Shown one piece after another: positions 62,215-64,000 of a stretch of 64,000 bases of DNA (positions within the stretch are counted from its first letter, which is position 1; each line of letters opens with the position of its first letter). The DNA lies in the NCBI RefSeq assembly GCF_044227025.1, contig NZ_JBGAFX010000009.1:7874-71873 (forward strand), written 5' to 3'. The translations under genes were made by a program, and so were the position numbers. Under the pieces are notes generated by a model. That model was not told where the DNA came from. It saw only the letters and a list, made by a program, of their open reading frames with translations, and searched no databases. Source of the stretch: Dokdonella sp. Its GTDB lineage: Bacteria > Pseudomonadota > Gammaproteobacteria > Xanthomonadales > Rhodanobacteraceae.

Positions 62215-63552
62215 CTACGTCTTGTGCGCAGCGCGACGCGCCGCCCGCAGTGCTTCGAGCTTGTCGCGGAACTTGCCCTCGAGGCCACGCTCGGTCGGCG
62301 TGTAGAACGTCGCACCGGCGATCGCATCCGGCAGGCACTGCTGGTCGAGCGCGACGCCGCCTTCGGCCTCGTGGTCGTACTGGTAGCCGGCGCCGTAGCC
62401 GAGTCCCTGCATGAGCTTCGTCGGCGCATTGCGCAGGTGCATCGGGACTTCGAGCGTGCCCGACTTGCGCACGACGCCGCGCACCTCGTTGAATGCGGCG
62501 TACGCCGCGTTGCTCTTCGGCGCGACCGCGAGATACAGCGCCAGCTCGGCCAGGCCGAGTTCGCCCTCGGGACTGCCGAGGCGGTCGTAGGTCTCCCACG
62601 CATCGAGTGCCATGCGCCACGCGCGCGGATCGGCGAGGCCGATGTCCTCGACCGCCATGCGCGTCATGCGCCGCGCGAGGTAGGCGCGATCGACACCGCC
62701 GTCGAGCATGCGCGCGAGCCAGTACAGCGCGGCATCCGGATCGGACGAGCGCACCGATTTGTGCAACGCGGAGATCTGGTCGTAGAACTGTTCGCCGCCC
62801 TTGTCGAAGCGACGCGTGCGGTCGGCAAGTACCTGCCCCAGCGTCGCGTCGTCGATATGGCCGTCACGCGCGAGTTCCGCCGCGATTTCGAGGAACGTCA
62901 GCGCGCGCCGCACGTCGCCGTCGGCGGCTTGCGCCATCGTCGCCAGCGCATCCGCGCCGACGCTCAGCTTCTGTTTGCCGAGGCCGCGCTCGTCGTCCTC
63001 CAGCGCACGCCGCAAGGCCTGCTCGATCGCATCGGCGGCGACCGCGTCGAGCACGTGCACGCGACAGCGCGAGAGCAGCGCGGAATTCAGTTCGAACGAC
63101 GGGTTCTCGGTGGTCGCGCCGACGAACACGATCACGCCGCGCTCGATGTACGGCAGGAACGCGTCCTGCTGCAGCTTGTTGAAGCGATGCACCTCGTCGA
63201 CGAACAGCACGGTGCGGGTCCCCTGCCCCCAACGAACCTCGGCCTCGGCGAGCGCCTTGCGCACGTCCGGCAAGCCCGACATGACCGCCGAGATCGCCTG
63301 GAATTCCGCCTCGGCGTAGCGCGCGAGCAGCAACGCGAGCGTGGTCTTGCCGCAACCGGGTGGCCCCCACAGGATCATCGAATGGACGTGGCCGGACTCG
63401 ATCGCGCGCCGCAGCGGCGTATTCGCTGCAAGCAGGCGCGGCTGGCCGACGACCTCGTCGAGGGTGCGCGGCCGCATGCGCTCGGCCAGCGGCTTCAGCC
63501 CTTCGGGTTCGGCGAACAGGCTGCGGGGAGGCGTAGCGGATTTGCGCGGCAT
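62215..63552 (-). CDS. rarA: Replication-associated recombination protein A (AAA+ ATPase)
   Basis: Trimmed to MPRKSATPPRSLF...PLAERMRPRTLDEVVGQ. Walker A GPPGCGKTT, Walker B LFVDEVHRFN, and the MgsA C-terminal domain. 445 aa. Confidence 0.93.
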   Translation of the reverse strand: MPRKSATPPRSLFAEPEGLKPLAERMRPRTLDEVVGQPRLLAANTPLRRAIESGHVHSMILWGPPGCGKTTLALLLARYAEAEFQAISAVMSGLPDVRKALAEAEVRWGQGTRTVLFVDEVHRFNKLQQDAFLPYIERGVIVFVGATTENPSFELNSALLSRCRVHVLDAVAADAIEQALRRALEDDERGLGKQKLSVGADALATMAQAADGDVRRALTFLEIAAELARDGHIDDATLGQVLADRTRRFDKGGEQFYDQISALHKSVRSSDPDAALYWLARMLDGGVDRAYLARRMTRMAVEDIGLADPRAWRMALDAWETYDRLGSPEGELGLAELALYLAVAPKSNAAYAAFNEVRGVVRKSGTLEVPMHLRNAPTKLMQGLGYGAGYQYDHEAEGGVALDQQCLPDAIAGATFYTPTERGLEGKFRDKLEALRAARRAAHKT

Positions 63553-63688
63553 GGCGCCCATGATAAGGCCCGGCATGGTGTCCATGCGGGACGCTTTGAA
63601 TCCTCCCCCTTCAAGGGGAGGGCTTGACAGCATCGTAGGGCGGTACGCGCAGCGCGCGTGCCGCCAGACTGCGACATCTGCGCGTGGT

Positions 63689-64000
63689 TCAGAACCAGAA
63701 CCGCACACCGATCACACATTGCGTGTCACCGCTCGACTCGCCACCCGCACGCGCATAGTCCGCGGTCGCGCCGAAGCGCTGGCGGCGCTCGACGCCGATG
63801 TAGGGCGCGAACTCGCGCCGGATCTCGTAGCGCAGGCGCAGGCCGAACTCGGCGTCGGACAAGCCGGCGCCGAGGTGTGCGGCGGGATCGCGCTTGCCGT
63901 ACGCATTGATCTCCAGGCGCGGCTGCAGCACGAGGCGCTGCGTCAACAGCCACTCGTAGTCGATCTCGGCGCGCAACGCGGTCCGGCCCTGTTCGCCGAC
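63689..64000 (-). CDS. copB: Copper resistance protein B (outer-membrane), 3' portion only
   Basis: The frame is open to the window edge. The C-terminus ...LRLRYEIRREFAPYIGVERRQRFGATADYARAGGE...VIGVRFWF is the typical CopB/PcoB beta-barrel end with a terminal WF. Confidence 0.8.
   Translation of the reverse strand, partial: VGEQGRTALRAEIDYEWLLTQRLVLQPRLEINAYGKRDPAAHLGAGLSDAEFGLRLRYEIRREFAPYIGVERRQRFGATADYARAGGESSGDTQCVIGVRFWF

Overview
Very GC-rich bacterial chromosomal window. Gene content and repeat types suggest a Xanthomonadales/Lysobacterales-like gammaproteobacterium, but that is inference only. I support about 55 protein-coding genes. I found no rRNA, tRNA, CRISPR array, transposase or integrase. 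Because of the GC content, almost every real gene is shadowed by long stop-free antisense or out-of-frame ORFs. I chose frames by recognisable family motifs, signal peptides, RBS-like purine runs and start/stop coupling. Several starts are trimmed relative to the ORF track, which also uses GTG/TTG starts. Housekeeping genes recognised: serS, mfd, hslO, rarA, hutF, hutI, yaeQ and a copB 3' end, plus an RND pump pair, a CDF transporter, two MFS transporters, a CPA2 antiporter, WS/DGAT and a PQQ dehydrogenase. Main things worth a second look: (1) Four otherwise unrelated exported proteins all end in the same short tail, D-x-I-F-x-(D/W)-G-F-(D/E/N). It does not look like any sorting signal I know. 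(2) Two of these proteins, a frameshifted Lys-C-like S1 protease with a P-domain and a delta-60-repeat protein, form a terminator-flanked insert between hutF and hutI. (3) There are two paralogous modules of an ECF sigma factor plus a transmembrane Ser/Thr kinase with TPR repeats. One sits divergent from a tail-bearing beta-helix protein, with a perfect palindrome in the shared promoter region. The other heads a tightly packed six-gene same-strand array ending in a start/stop-overlapping CDF-LytS-LytTR unit. (4) There are two families of palindromic REP-like elements, and one hairpin core lies in frame inside a longer-than-expected linker of mfd. (5) A same-strand run of exported proteins at 9.0-14.6 kb has no assignable function. 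No classical defence, toxin or mobile system is evident. The C-terminal tail and the sigma/kinase modules are the best candidates for undescribed biology.
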